DNA from: an uncultured Deinococcales bacterium
Lineage (GTDB): Bacteria; Deinococcota; Deinococci; Deinococcales; JAAFIG01
Assembly: GCA_964244895.1 (NCBI GenBank)
Contig: CAXTKV010000067.1
Span: forward strand, 1-22,908
Length of the DNA stretch: 22,908 nucleotides
Direction of reading: 5' to 3'
Position numbers and translations under genes: made by a program. The notes beneath the pieces were generated by a model that was given only the letters and a program-made list of their open reading frames with translations, was not told the DNA's origin and ran no database searches. Shown one piece after another: positions 1 through 9,321 of the stretch. Positions within the stretch are counted from its first letter, which is position 1; the number at the start of each line of letters is the position of its first letter.

Positions 1-211
1 CACGCAGCGCACCGAAGACCTGATGGAAATCTGGAAGCAGCAGACCACGATCGGGGCCGTGACCCACAACATGCAGCAGGCGTCGCGGGTCAGCGATACG
101 ACCAGCTTCTTTCTGGTCGGCGATCTGGTCGAACACGGTCAGACCGAACAGGTCTTCACCAACCCGCGCGACGAGCGCACGGAAGCTTACATCACGGGTC
201 GGTTCGGCTAA
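1..211 (+). CDS. pstB: Phosphate ABC transporter ATP-binding protein, C-terminal fragment (5' truncated by window)
   Basis: Open frame from base 2 to TAA 209-211. Contains [13 protein letters not shown] (H-loop) and the PstB-typical end [18 protein letters not shown]. Lies directly upstream of phoU. Confidence 0.92.
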   Translation, partial: TQRTEDLMEIWKQQTTIGAVTHNMQQASRVSDTTSFFLVGDLVEHGQTEQVFTNPRDERTEAYITGRFG

Positions 212-262
212 ACACCGTCCAGCACGCAATTCACAGATACCGTCCGGCACGGTCTTCTCGAG
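211..262. repeat. Intergenic palindromic repeat, family A copy
   Basis: AACACCGTCCAGCACGC-N9-ATACCGTCCGGCACGGTCTTCTCGAG, immediately after the pstB stop. Confidence 0.8.
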
Positions 263-278
263 AATGCACCGGGGGAAC

Positions 279-896
279 ATGCGACATCTCGAGACGGAAC
301 TGGCCGACCTGAAACGCGAATTCTTATTGATGCTCAACCGCGCGGGCATCACGCTGGAACTGGCCGTGCAGGCGCTGCGCGAAGCCGACAGCACCAAAGC
401 CGAACGCGCCACCGCCAGCGACCGCGACGTGGACGCCTGGCAGCGCGATCTTGAGGATCGGTGCCTGGAATTGATCTCGCGACGCAGCCTGCTGGCCAGG
501 GATTTACGCTTCGTGACGCTGGTTTTTGCCAGTCTGTCTGAACTCGAACGGGTCGGAGATTACGCCGTTCACGTCGCCACGGACGCCGCGATCATCGCGC
601 CGGAACTCAGCCTGGAACCCGTCGCGCGGGTGCTGCTGGACATGCGCGAAGACCTGGAACAGGCCATCCGGCTCGAGGACGCCAGCCTCGCCGCGAACGT
701 CGCCCGCCGCGACGAGGAAGTCGACGACGCGATCGAGCAGTTCAACCGCGAACTGACCGTGCGCGTCCTCGAGCGCCCCCGCGAGATCACCCGCGTGCTG
801 GCCCTGCAACGCGTCGGACGCAGCCTGCAACGCGTCGGGGATCACCTCGAAAACGTCGCGGAACGCACCGGCTTCTGGCTGACGGGCGCACGCTGA
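279..896 (+). CDS. phoU: Phosphate signalling complex protein PhoU (205 aa)
   Basis: Two PhoU repeats (ARDLRFV..SELERVGDYAVHVA; RRDEEVDD..LQRVGDHLENVAE). ATG 279 is preceded by GGGGGA. Follows pstB. Confidence 0.92.
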   Translation: MRHLETELADLKREFLLMLNRAGITLELAVQALREADSTKAERATASDRDVDAWQRDLEDRCLELISRRSLLARDLRFVTLVFASLSELERVGDYAVHVATDAAIIAPELSLEPVARVLLDMREDLEQAIRLEDASLAANVARRDEEVDDAIEQFNRELTVRVLERPREITRVLALQRVGRSLQRVGDHLENVAERTGFWLTGAR

Positions 897-1003
897 AGCT
901 CGAGATCGAAGGATAAGCACCCCTCAATAAGGCAAGCACGACGCGAGAGACAGAGCGGACGGGTAATACCGAAAGGGTTCGCTCAGGACACGAATGCTGC
1001 CCC

Positions 1004-1036
1004 AACCGATGTTGAGGATTGTCATCGGTTCTTCTT
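1004..1036 (+). terminator. Possible terminator hairpin downstream of pstB-phoU
   Basis: AACCGATG (1004-1011) / CATCGGTT (1023-1030) inverted repeat followed by CTTCTT. The stem is weak. Confidence 0.3.
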
Positions 1037-1196
1037 GCAGGTTGATGCTGTGGACAATTCACCCATCCCGTTAAGATCAGGCCAGAACTGAGCAGGATCA
1101 GACCCATTCAGACCCACCTGTTCAAAAGAATGGCTTCCCCCACGCAAACAGTGCGCGTAGGAGCGCAGCCCAAGTGAACAAAGGAGCTGAAGAACA

Positions 1197-2051
1197 ATGC
1201 CTGAAACGAATACAAATAAGCGAGTCTGGTTGATCACGGGATCAGGGCGCGGGCTGGGCGTGGACATCGCCAAAACAGCCTTAGAGGCGGGTCACACCGT
1301 GATTGCCACTGGCCGTGACCCAGAACGGGTCACGGCGGCCATCGGGCATCATGATGATTTACTCACCGTCAAGCTCGATGTGACCAATCAAGAAGACGCT
1401 CAAGCGGCGGTACGTGCTGCGGTGCAGCACTTTGGTCACGTGGACGTGCTGGTCAACAATGCGGGTAACTTCTACGCTGGATTCTTCGAGGAACTCTCTC
1501 CTCTGCAGGTTCGCAGTCAGATCGAGACGTTGCTGTTCGGGCCGATGAACGTGACTCGCGCTGCACTTCCTCAAATGCGAAAACAGCGTTCCGGTCTGGT
1601 GATGACGATTTCCTCGACGGCTGGCCTGGCTGGGGGGGTGTTCTGCACCGCTTACGCTGCCGCCAAGTTCGGCATTGAAGGGTGGATGGAGTCGCTGGCC
1701 CCGGAGATTGCCCCCTTTGGCATCAAGACGATGCTGGTTGAACCGGGATTTTTCCGCACTGAACTACTTACCAATGACTCCACCACTTACGCCGAGCCGC
1801 ACATTGACGATTACGTCGAGACCACCCGGCAGACGGTCACTGCCTGGAAGGGCATGGACGGTCAACAGACGGGTGACCCGGCCAAACTCGCGGCGGCCCT
1901 CGTTCAACTGGCGGCGCTGCCTGATCCACCCGTGCGTTTCGCGGCTGGTGCCGATGCCGTGGGGGTCTTTGAGCGCAAAGCCAGGGACTTGCTTGAACAG
2001 GCGAATGCCCACCGTGAATTGTCGAGCAGCCTCGCCATAGATCCCGCCTAA
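1197..2051 (+). CDS. Short-chain dehydrogenase/reductase (classical SDR, 284 aa)
   Basis: WLITGSGRGLG Rossmann motif, VNNAG, catalytic YAAAK, VEPGFFRT. RBS AAGGAG upstream. Confidence 0.93.
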   Translation: MPETNTNKRVWLITGSGRGLGVDIAKTALEAGHTVIATGRDPERVTAAIGHHDDLLTVKLDVTNQEDAQAAVRAAVQHFGHVDVLVNNAGNFYAGFFEELSPLQVRSQIETLLFGPMNVTRAALPQMRKQRSGLVMTISSTAGLAGGVFCTAYAAAKFGIEGWMESLAPEIAPFGIKTMLVEPGFFRTELLTNDSTTYAEPHIDDYVETTRQTVTAWKGMDGQQTGDPAKLAAALVQLAALPDPPVRFAAGADAVGVFERKARDLLEQANAHRELSSSLAIDPA

Positions 2052-2247
2052 AACCAGGCAGGCTGTCCAGACGGTCATGGATGACCTTGCAAACACGGCG
2101 GGATTCGCGTTGCTTGACGGTCTACCGATGCGCACAGGCTGGCATCTCGGGCCAGCACCGCGCGAGGCTGCCGTGCGCACTTCGCAGCGTTTGCGCGCGC
2201 TGCAGGACAACCCGCCCGCCACCGTGCGCTAATCTGGGCTGGACACC

Positions 2248-4182
2248 ATGCCCGACTGGTCGTATCAGAACTTGTTTCGTCCGGCGCTGTTCCGCCTGCC
2301 ACCAGCGCGGGCGCGCGACCTGACGCTGAACACGGTCGGTCGTCTGGCTGGGGGGCGCGCTGGGCGGGCGTTGATCGAGTTCATGGGGCACATGACGCCG
2401 CCCACCGGGGCGGGTTCGGACGCGTTGGGTGGGTTGCACAGCCGGGTCGTGATCACGGCGGGTCTGAGTCCCGGCTGGTTGGGCCTGAACGCGCTGGGGC
2501 GCTTCGGGGTGGGGGCGCTCGAGGTCGGCCCGGTGACGCTGGGTGGCGCGGATGAAATCAGCGATGTTCGACGCGACACGGAACATCGCGCGCTCGAGTA
2601 CGCGCATCCGGGCTTGAACTGTTCGGTCAAAACCGCGATCAAAAAACTTGAACATCTCGATGCGGGGCAGGCGAAGCTGATCGTGCAGCTCGGCTGGGAC
2701 GCGCTCGAGGCGCAACGCGAAGTGGTCGAATTGCTCGAGGCGCACGCGGCGGCTTTCACGCTGAGGCCACCGTTGAGCGCTTCCGGCAGGCTCGAGGTGG
2801 CGCTGGAGAATTGGCGAGACCATCTAAGCGCGCTGGCGAAGATCACCGCAAAACCGATCCTGGCGCTCGTCCCGCTCACGCTCGAGCCTGAGTTTCTGGA
2901 CGATTTCGGGCGGGCCTCAATGACTGCGGGCGCTGCCGGATTCGCGCTGCTGGACGGTTTACCGACGCCCACGGGATGGCGTCTCGGGCCGGAATCGTTC
3001 GAGGCCGCCGTGCGCACCACGCAGCGTTTGCGCGGTCTGACGGACGGCCTGATTCTGGCCTCCGGTGGCGTCGACCGGCCCGGTCGCGCCATCAGGCTGA
3101 TCGAAGCGGGTGCCGATCTAGTCGGCATTCACGAGGGTCTGGTCTTCAGCGGCCCCGGACTGCCCAAGCGCATCAACGCCGGCATCGCCGCCCGAGAAAC
3201 CGCTCGGTCCCAGACCGCACCCCAAGCCTGGATCGCGCAGGGCTGGGTCTGGTTGCTGGCGCTCGGGCTGGGCATGATCGCGTCCGGCGCAATCGTCGGT
3301 CTGGTCGGGGTGACGCGCGCCACGCTGCCCTACGACGAAGTTTTTTTGAACCTGACGCGCGCGCAATTCGAGGCCATCAACCCGCGATTGCTGGACTTCC
3401 TGCGCCACGACCGCGTCACGCTGGGCGCAACCATGATTTCGGTCGGTTTGATTTACGCGGCGCTGGCGGTCTTCGGCGTGCGGCGCGGCCTGCACTGGGC
3501 CTGGCGCAGCATTTTCCTGTCGGCCACGGTCGGGTTCTCGAGCTTTTTCCTGTTCGTGCTGTACGGGTATTTCGACCTACTGCACGCGGTCATCAGCCTG
3601 GCGATGCTGCCTTTTTTGGTGGTCGGGATTCGCCAGCCGCTCCCGGCGCGGCGCACCGATGCGGCCACCGACCTGGAGAACGACCGCGTCTGGCGGGCCG
3701 GGCTGGTCGGGCAGTTGCTGTTCGTGGCGACCGGGCTGGGATTGATCCTGGCGGGCGCGAGCATCGCCGGGGTCGGTGCAATCCGCGTGTTCGTGCCGCA
3801 AGATCTGGAGTTCATGCGCACCACGCAGGGTGCGCTCGGGCAGGCCAACGCGCACCTGATCGCGTTGATCGCGCACGACCGCAGCGGTTTCGGCGGGGCG
3901 CTCTGGAGCACCGGCATCGCGGTGCTGACGACCGCGCTGTGGGGCTTCGAGCGCGGCGCGCGCTGGTTGTGGTGGACGCTGGCCGCGTCCGGGACGGTCG
4001 GGTTCGCGTTGACGCTCGGCGTGCATTTCGGCGTGGGCTACACCAGCTTCGCGCACCTGTTTCCCTCGTACATCGGCTTGTGGCTGTTCGCGCTCGGGCT
4101 CGCGTTGTCCGGGCCGTACCTGTTCGGACTGCGCGAGATCGATAGATTACCGTCCGGGAAACGTGTCCGGGAAGGCGTCTAG
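2248..4182 (+). CDS. Dihydroorotate-dehydrogenase-like FMN barrel fused to an internally duplicated multi-pass membrane domain (644 aa)
   Basis: N-half resembles class 2 DHODH (FGVGALEVGPVT; ASGGV..AGADLV..GLVFSGPGLPKRIN). C-half has about 8 hydrophobic segments with two HDR-containing repeats. Confidence 0.8.
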   Translation: MPDWSYQNLFRPALFRLPPARARDLTLNTVGRLAGGRAGRALIEFMGHMTPPTGAGSDALGGLHSRVVITAGLSPGWLGLNALGRFGVGALEVGPVTLGGADEISDVRRDTEHRALEYAHPGLNCSVKTAIKKLEHLDAGQAKLIVQLGWDALEAQREVVELLEAHAAAFTLRPPLSASGRLEVALENWRDHLSALAKITAKPILALVPLTLEPEFLDDFGRASMTAGAAGFALLDGLPTPTGWRLGPESFEAAVRTTQRLRGLTDGLILASGGVDRPGRAIRLIEAGADLVGIHEGLVFSGPGLPKRINAGIAARETARSQTAPQAWIAQGWVWLLALGLGMIASGAIVGLVGVTRATLPYDEVFLNLTRAQFEAINPRLLDFLRHDRVTLGATMISVGLIYAALAVFGVRRGLHWAWRSIFLSATVGFSSFFLFVLYGYFDLLHAVISLAMLPFLVVGIRQPLPARRTDAATDLENDRVWRAGLVGQLLFVATGLGLILAGASIAGVGAIRVFVPQDLEFMRTTQGALGQANAHLIALIAHDRSGFGGALWSTGIAVLTTALWGFERGARWLWWTLAASGTVGFALTLGVHFGVGYTSFAHLFPSYIGLWLFALGLALSGPYLFGLREIDRLPSGKRVREGV

Positions 4183-4281
4183 GACGGCGTTTTCGAGGTT
4201 TTTGGCCCAAGCCGCACGTTCTCAAATACACCGTCCAGCGCGCGAGCTTTACACCTCGGAATAACGCGCGTTGGAAGATGC
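4149..4281. repeat. Two family A repeat copies, the first overlapping the 3' end of the DHODH-like gene
   Basis: ACCGTCCGGGA..GCGTCTAGGACGGCGTT (4149-4191) and ACACCGTCCAGCGCGCG..CGCGCGTTGGAAGATG (4228-4280). Confidence 0.7.
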
Positions 4282-4398
4282 TGCGTGATCGAAGGTCGCT
4301 TTGAAATGATCGACCCTCGAGCAGGGCAGGCATCGGTGTTCGTCAGCAACGCAAGCCGCGAGCCCGTCCACGAACCAGCGAGCCTGACGCGATGCCCG

Positions 4399-5751
4399 CT
4401 ACTTGATGGCGGGAAAATTCAGACGCAACTTGTCCGGGGACACGTTGCACATGTTGAAACTCTGCCAGTCTTTCGTAACCCGTCTCATCTTGCCCATGCC
4501 CATGCCGGAATTGTTCGACCAATCCGAAACCCAGTTCGCGGTCAGGCTGCGCCAGGTGTCCGCACCGGAATCCGTGACGTAACTGGCCTGGTCGCGGTCG
4601 TCGGGTTTGGCGCGATCGTCGACGACCAGGCGGGCTTTAAAGGAAGAGCAGATGCCCTTGACGTTGGTTGGATCAACCGACGCCCGGCCTTTGGCGGGCC
4701 AGAAGTGAAAGTTGTAGTCCTTGTCCGCCCGCACGGAAATCACGCCGTCGGGCTCAATCCGAAGGTCGGCGGGCTTGTTGGCGTCGTTGGCGAAATCGGT
4801 GACGTAGGCTGCACCGCCCACCTTGTCTGGCGCTTGGGCTTCGTACCACACGTTGTTCTTGTCCAGGATCCAGGCGGTTGGATCCTTGATGGCGACGCGC
4901 GTGTTGGTGGCGTGGTTGCTCGCGCCTTCGTAGAGCTGACCCCAGGCAGTCATGGCGTAGAAATCGCTGGGCCAGACTGGATCAAGAAACACCGGAGCTT
5001 CAGTCGCCCACGAGTACCAACTGGGCACCCCCTTGGGGAGGTCTTCGTGCGGTCCGCTGCTGTCGGAGATCATCTGCTCGACCGTGTTCGGGACGGTGTT
5101 GGCCTTCTCGAAAGGCAGTACCAGCTCGAGCTTCCATTTCTGAGCGCACGCGCCCGTCTGGGCTTGCAGCTTCAAAACCGCAAGATTGGTTGAGGTTTCC
5201 GTCCCGGCCAGTTTGCCGCTGCGCTTATTTTTCAGGTACGCCAGCCCAGCGCCCGCGTCTTCGATCAGCCAGCGCTGAGAGTCCTGGTCGCTGGCGGGTT
5301 CCTGAAGCACCTGGGCGTTATCGGCGCTCGAGCCATGTTCGATGTCCAACACCAGCCCGCTGTGTCGCGCCGTCAGGATGAATGCGCCGCTGGCGCTGGA
5401 TTCAATCCGGTACTTCTGGCTGACCGCGTCACCCCACGGCCAGAGGGTCGCGGTCAGGCCGGGGTCCGACCAGCCGTTCGTGATGGAGACCGCCAGCCCC
5501 TTGCACGATTCGGTGATCTTGTACAGGCCGCCGTCGTTCGGCACGAACGGGTTCGGTGGTGGCGCGGGTGGTGGGCTCGCCGGAGGAGGCGGTGGGCTCG
5601 GCGGGGTGGGCGTCGCTGGTGGTGTGGGCGGCGCGGGCGATGTTGGGCTGGGCGTCGGTGGCGGGCTGGAAACGGTTGGTGCTGAATTGCACGCGCTCAA
5701 GCTGAACGCGCACACCAACGCCAGGACGAGTTTGGGTTCGTGCTTGATCAT
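4399..5751 (-). CDS. Predicted lipoprotein: Pro-rich linker, ricin-type beta-trefoil domain and an uncharacterised C-terminal domain (450 aa)
   Basis: Start reassigned to ATG 5751 (GAGG RBS). MIKHEPKLVLALVCAFSLSAC lipobox, about 40-aa Pro/Thr/Ser run, QxW-like repeats (SQKY, SQRW, AQKW), HSGLVLDI motif. Confidence 0.8.
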   Translation of the reverse strand: MIKHEPKLVLALVCAFSLSACNSAPTVSSPPPTPSPTSPAPPTPPATPTPPSPPPPPASPPPAPPPNPFVPNDGGLYKITESCKGLAVSITNGWSDPGLTATLWPWGDAVSQKYRIESSASGAFILTARHSGLVLDIEHGSSADNAQVLQEPASDQDSQRWLIEDAGAGLAYLKNKRSGKLAGTETSTNLAVLKLQAQTGACAQKWKLELVLPFEKANTVPNTVEQMISDSSGPHEDLPKGVPSWYSWATEAPVFLDPVWPSDFYAMTAWGQLYEGASNHATNTRVAIKDPTAWILDKNNVWYEAQAPDKVGGAAYVTDFANDANKPADLRIEPDGVISVRADKDYNFHFWPAKGRASVDPTNVKGICSSFKARLVVDDRAKPDDRDQASYVTDSGADTWRSLTANWVSDWSNNSGMGMGKMRRVTKDWQSFNMCNVSPDKLRLNFPAIK

Positions 5752-5910
5752 GCTGAACCTCGAGCTTCGGTGGTCGGTGCGCTTCCGAATGCGTTCGCGG
5801 AATTCTTGCCCAGATTCCAGAATTCTGCGTGAAGAACTCCACACGAGCTGCGTTTCTCGAGGGTTGATGCTCGAGTCGAGCGCGCGGTGTTCAAAAAATA
5901 CTTGGAACAG

Positions 5911-5968
5911 ATACACCGTCCAGCACGCAAATTTCGAGCTTCAGGGAAATGCGTGCTGGACGGTGTAT
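5911..5968. repeat. Family A repeat, perfect 19-bp inverted repeat
   Basis: ATACACCGTCCAGCACGCA (5911-5929), 20-nt spacer, TGCGTGCTGGACGGTGTAT (5950-5968). Confidence 0.9.
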
Positions 5969-6121
5969 TGACTCAGGCCACGGCGTTGATCAGTCTATGA
6001 GCTGATGGTGCCACCGCACCCGAGTCCTGAGGTGCGCGCCGGAATCGGTCGTGCGGTGGCGCGACCCGTGCTCGAGAAAGCCCATGGATGAGAGAACCCA
6101 TGGATGGGCGAGCCCGCGACT

Positions 6122-7411
6122 TCAGCCCGAACCTCGATGCCTTGAACGCAGGCGCTCGAGGCGGTCGCGCACTTTTTCCTCCCAACCTTCGCCCGTCGCC
6201 TCGAGAAAGCGGCGTCCGGCCAGCTCATCCGGCAGGTAGGTCTGCGCAAAACTGCCGTCGGGATCATCGAAGTAGTACGCGTATGAAGTCCCGTAGCCGA
6301 TGGATTTCATGTAGACCGTCGGTGCGTTCCGCAGGTGCAGCGGCACACCGTAGCTCGGTTCCTCGCGCGCAGCTTTCAACGCGGCGCTCCAGGCGGTGTA
6401 GACGCTGTTCGATTTCGGCGCGAGCGCCAGGTACACGACCGCCTCGGCCAGCGCCAGTTCGCCTTCGGGCGTGCCCAGGAAATCCACGGTCTGGTAGGCC
6501 GCCACGCAGAGTTTCAGCGCGTTCGGGTCGGCCAGCCCGATGTCCTCGGCGGCCATCCGAACCACGCGCCGCGAGACGTACAAAAGGTCTGCTCCGCCCG
6601 CGATCATGCGCGCCAGCCAGTACAAGGCCGCGTCCGGGTGCGACCCGCGCACGGATTTGTGCAACGCGCTGATCAGGTTGTAGAACTCCTCGCCACCCTT
6701 GTCCATGGCCGGAACCTGCGCACCCAAGGCTTCGCGCACGCTTTCCAGATTGATGCGCCCGTCGCTCGAGGCCGCCGCGACCTCCAGAGCCGTCAAGGCG
6801 CGCCGCGCGTCACCGTCCGCCGCGACGGACAGGGCCAGCAGCGCGTCTTCATCGGCCTGAACGCCCGGCAAGCCGCGCGGGTCGTTCAGGGCGCGTTCCA
6901 GCAGCGCCCGGATGTCCTGCTGGCTGATCGGCTCGAGCTTCAGGGTTCTGGCGCGGGAACGAAGCGCAGGGTTGACCTCGAAACTCGGGTTTTCGGTGGT
7001 CGCGCCGATCAGCACCATCAGGCCCGATTCGACGTGCGGCAAGAGCGCGTCCTGTTGCGCCTTGTTGAAACGGTGAATCTCGTCCAGAAAGAGGATCGTC
7101 TTGCGCCCGTAATCGCGGTTCTTCCTGGCGTGATCCACCACGTCTCGCACGTCCTTGACGCCCGCGCCGACGGCGGACAACCCGAAGAATTCCGCACCCG
7201 CCACGCTGGCCACCAGCCGCGCCAGCGTGGTCTTGCCCGTGCCCGGCGGCCCCCACAAAATCAGGCTGCTGATCTTGCCGCGCTCGAGCATCGCTCGCAA
7301 GGGTTTTCCAGGCCCGACCAGGTGCGCCTGCCCGACGACTTCCTCGAGCGATTGCGGCCTGAGGCGCTCCGCCAGCGGCGCGTTCGGCGCGAAGATCGTG
7401 TCTGGAAGCAT
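6122..7411 (-). CDS. rarA: Replication-associated recombination protein A (MgsA/RarA AAA+ ATPase, 429 aa)
   Basis: PLAERLRP, Walker A GPPGTGKT, Walker [55 protein letters not shown]. Confidence 0.96.
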   Translation of the reverse strand: MLPDTIFAPNAPLAERLRPQSLEEVVGQAHLVGPGKPLRAMLERGKISSLILWGPPGTGKTTLARLVASVAGAEFFGLSAVGAGVKDVRDVVDHARKNRDYGRKTILFLDEIHRFNKAQQDALLPHVESGLMVLIGATTENPSFEVNPALRSRARTLKLEPISQQDIRALLERALNDPRGLPGVQADEDALLALSVAADGDARRALTALEVAAASSDGRINLESVREALGAQVPAMDKGGEEFYNLISALHKSVRGSHPDAALYWLARMIAGGADLLYVSRRVVRMAAEDIGLADPNALKLCVAAYQTVDFLGTPEGELALAEAVVYLALAPKSNSVYTAWSAALKAAREEPSYGVPLHLRNAPTVYMKSIGYGTSYAYYFDDPDGSFAQTYLPDELAGRRFLEATGEGWEEKVRDRLERLRSRHRGSG

Positions 7412-7417
7412 GGCTCG

Positions 7418-7423
7418 AGTCTA
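7418..7423 (-). promoter_or_regulatory. -10 box (TAGACT) of probable leaderless rarA transcript
   Basis: TAGACT-cgagcc-ATG on the minus strand, no Shine-Dalgarno. Confidence 0.65.
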
Positions 7424-7531
7424 CAGAATTCGATTTTATCTGGCACGGTGGCGGGGTACGGCGATCCCTTCAGCTCGAGATATCTCGATCCACCTCTCTT
7501 CATTGTGGGAAGACAGGAGTGGAGTCTCGAG

Positions 7532-7589
7532 GAAGACCGTCCCGCACACGAATTTCTTGAATCGAAAAGCACCGTCCTGGACGGTGTTC
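7532..7589. repeat. Family A repeat copy with self-palindromic core
   Basis: GAAGACCGTCCCGCAC.. followed by CACCGTCC-T-GGACGGTG (7570-7586). Confidence 0.8.
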
Positions 7590-7644
7590 CCTTAGCCCAA
7601 AACGGGTTGCGAGCCGCAGCGCGCGCGCACTTTGGCGGCTGTCG

Positions 7645-7650
7645 TAGGAT
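7645..7650 (+). promoter_or_regulatory. -10 box (TAGGAT) of probable leaderless transcript
   Basis: TAGGAT-cccggc-ATG(7657). Confidence 0.65.
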
Positions 7651-7656
7651 CCCGGC

Positions 7657-8664
7657 ATGAAGATCCTCGTCCTCGGCGGCACGGTCTTTCTGGGACGCCA
7701 CATCGTTCAGGTCGCGCTCGAACGCGGACACGAGCTCACGCTGTTCAACCGGGGGCAGCACGGTGCGAACGCGTTTCCCGACCTGGAGCACCTGCGCGGC
7801 GACCGCGACCCGAAGATCGGGGACGGTCTGAACGCTTTGCGGGATCGCGTCTGGGACGCGGTTGTGGACACCTCGGGCTACGTGCCGCGGATCGTTAGGG
7901 CATCGGCGGAATTGCTTTCGGGTTGCGGGCATTACAGTTTCGTCTCGAGCATCAGCGCCTACGCGGGTTTCAGCCAGCCCGACCAGGACGAGACCGCGCC
8001 GACCGCGACCCTGGAAGACCCCGATATTGAGGACGTGCCCGCCCATTACGGTGCGCTCAAGGCCGCCTGCGAACGCGCAGCCGAAGCCGCCATGCCCGGA
8101 CGCGCGCTGAACGTGCGCGCGGGGTTGATCGTCGGCGCTTACGATCAGACGGATCGGTTCACGTACTGGCCCGCCAGAATCGCGGACGGTGGCGAGGTGC
8201 TCGCACCGGGATCGCCGGACGCGTTGACGCAGTTCATCGACGCCCAGGACATCGCGGTCTGGATGCTCAGAATGATCGAACGCGGCACGGTCGGCGCGTG
8301 GAACGTCACGGGCCGACCGATGCGATTGGGCGATCTCTTCGATGCGATCAGGCTCGAGACGAAATCCGATGCCAGCTTCACCTGGGTCGGTGAGGATTTC
8401 CTGCTCGAGCAGGGCGTCCAACCCTGGATGGGCGAGAACAGCCTGCCGCTCTGGATTCCGTCAACCGACGAATCCATGGGCGGGTTCGCGCGGTTCAGCA
8501 TCGCCAGGGCGCTCGAGAACGCGTTGCACATTCGCGCGTTGCCGCTCACGCTCGAGGACACACTTTCGTGGGTTCGATCCAGACCGAAGGATCACACCTG
8601 GCGTTCCGGATTGAGCAGGGATCGCGAACGCGAATTGCTGAGCGCCTGGCGCGCAAAAACCTGA
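7657..8664 (+). CDS. NAD-dependent epimerase/dehydratase (extended/atypical SDR, 335 aa)
   Basis: MKILVLGGTVFLG Rossmann motif, FNRG, WDAVVD, VSSISAY, YGALKAACE (YxxxK). Confidence 0.92.
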   Translation: MKILVLGGTVFLGRHIVQVALERGHELTLFNRGQHGANAFPDLEHLRGDRDPKIGDGLNALRDRVWDAVVDTSGYVPRIVRASAELLSGCGHYSFVSSISAYAGFSQPDQDETAPTATLEDPDIEDVPAHYGALKAACERAAEAAMPGRALNVRAGLIVGAYDQTDRFTYWPARIADGGEVLAPGSPDALTQFIDAQDIAVWMLRMIERGTVGAWNVTGRPMRLGDLFDAIRLETKSDASFTWVGEDFLLEQGVQPWMGENSLPLWIPSTDESMGGFARFSIARALENALHIRALPLTLEDTLSWVRSRPKDHTWRSGLSRDRERELLSAWRAKT

Positions 8665-8681
8665 AGCGCGAATTCTCAAAG

Positions 8682-8730
8682 GCACCGTCCTGGACGCATT
8701 TAAACGACCCCGTCCGGGACGGTGTCCTCG
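8682..8730. repeat. Family A repeat copy between convergent genes
   Basis: GCACCGTCCTGGACGC-N-CCCGTCCGGGACGGTGTCCTCG. Confidence 0.8.
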
Positions 8731-8785
8731 AAAAACCAGGCTCGAGAAGCGCGCCGATGCCCCGCCCTCAGCCCTGCGTTGTGAC

Positions 8786-9166
8786 CTAAAAATTCCCGAA
8801 CAACTGCCAGCTCAGGTTCAATCGACCGCTGGAACGCTCGAACTGCACGACCATGCGGTAGAACCCGGCGTCCACGACGGGCAAACGCTGGGTTTCCTGG
8901 TAGGTGCGCCCGGCCTCGAGCCTGCGCTGCCAGACGATCACGCCGTTCGGCGCGATCAGGTCAACGACCGTGCGCCCCTGATTGATGGTCGCGTCCAGAC
9001 TGACATCGACCGAAGCGTTGTTGATTCGAATCGAGATCGGGTACGTGTTCGTGCCCTCGGCGTTCCAGTACGACATGGGAATGTCCGGCAGGAAGCCGAA
9101 GCGCACGCCGATGGTCGCGTACAGGATCGCGAACGCCAGCAAAATCACGAGCAAAATGAACCGCAC
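8786..9166 (-). CDS. Hypothetical membrane-anchored or exported beta-rich protein (126 aa)
   Basis: N-terminal hydrophobic helix (MRFILLVILLAFAILYATIG) then beta-strand-rich sequence. TAGAAT lies 6 nt upstream of the GTG start. Confidence 0.75.
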   Translation of the reverse strand: MRFILLVILLAFAILYATIGVRFGFLPDIPMSYWNAEGTNTYPISIRINNASVDVSLDATINQGRTVVDLIAPNGVIVWQRRLEAGRTYQETQRLPVVDAGFYRMVVQFERSSGRLNLSWQLFGNF

Positions 9167-9321
9167 GACACGATTCTAGCCTGCCGAAGACCGCGCGAAC
9201 CCCGCAAATAACCCGCAAAGAGCGATTGGGCGTTGAACGGACGCGATCCTTTCCGAATCGATACCGTCGCTGACGCCTCGCTGGATGATTTCAACCCGAA
9301 GGCTGGAACGATTCTTGAACA

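Noticed and set aside
1..60. Slightly atypical PstB residues ([17 protein letters not shown]) suggesting pseudogenisation
   Set aside because: The frame is open and downstream motifs are intact. It may be divergence or edge-of-assembly error and cannot be judged from a fragment.
5342..5971. Gly-rich ORF on the + strand (209 aa) and ORF 4285-5193
   Set aside because: Antisense shadows of the lipoprotein gene. The Gly run is the reverse complement of the Pro-rich linker.
6081..6107. Direct repeat CCCATGGATG x2 downstream of rarA
   Set aside because: Only two 10-bp copies with no other occurrence noticed, so too weak to interpret.
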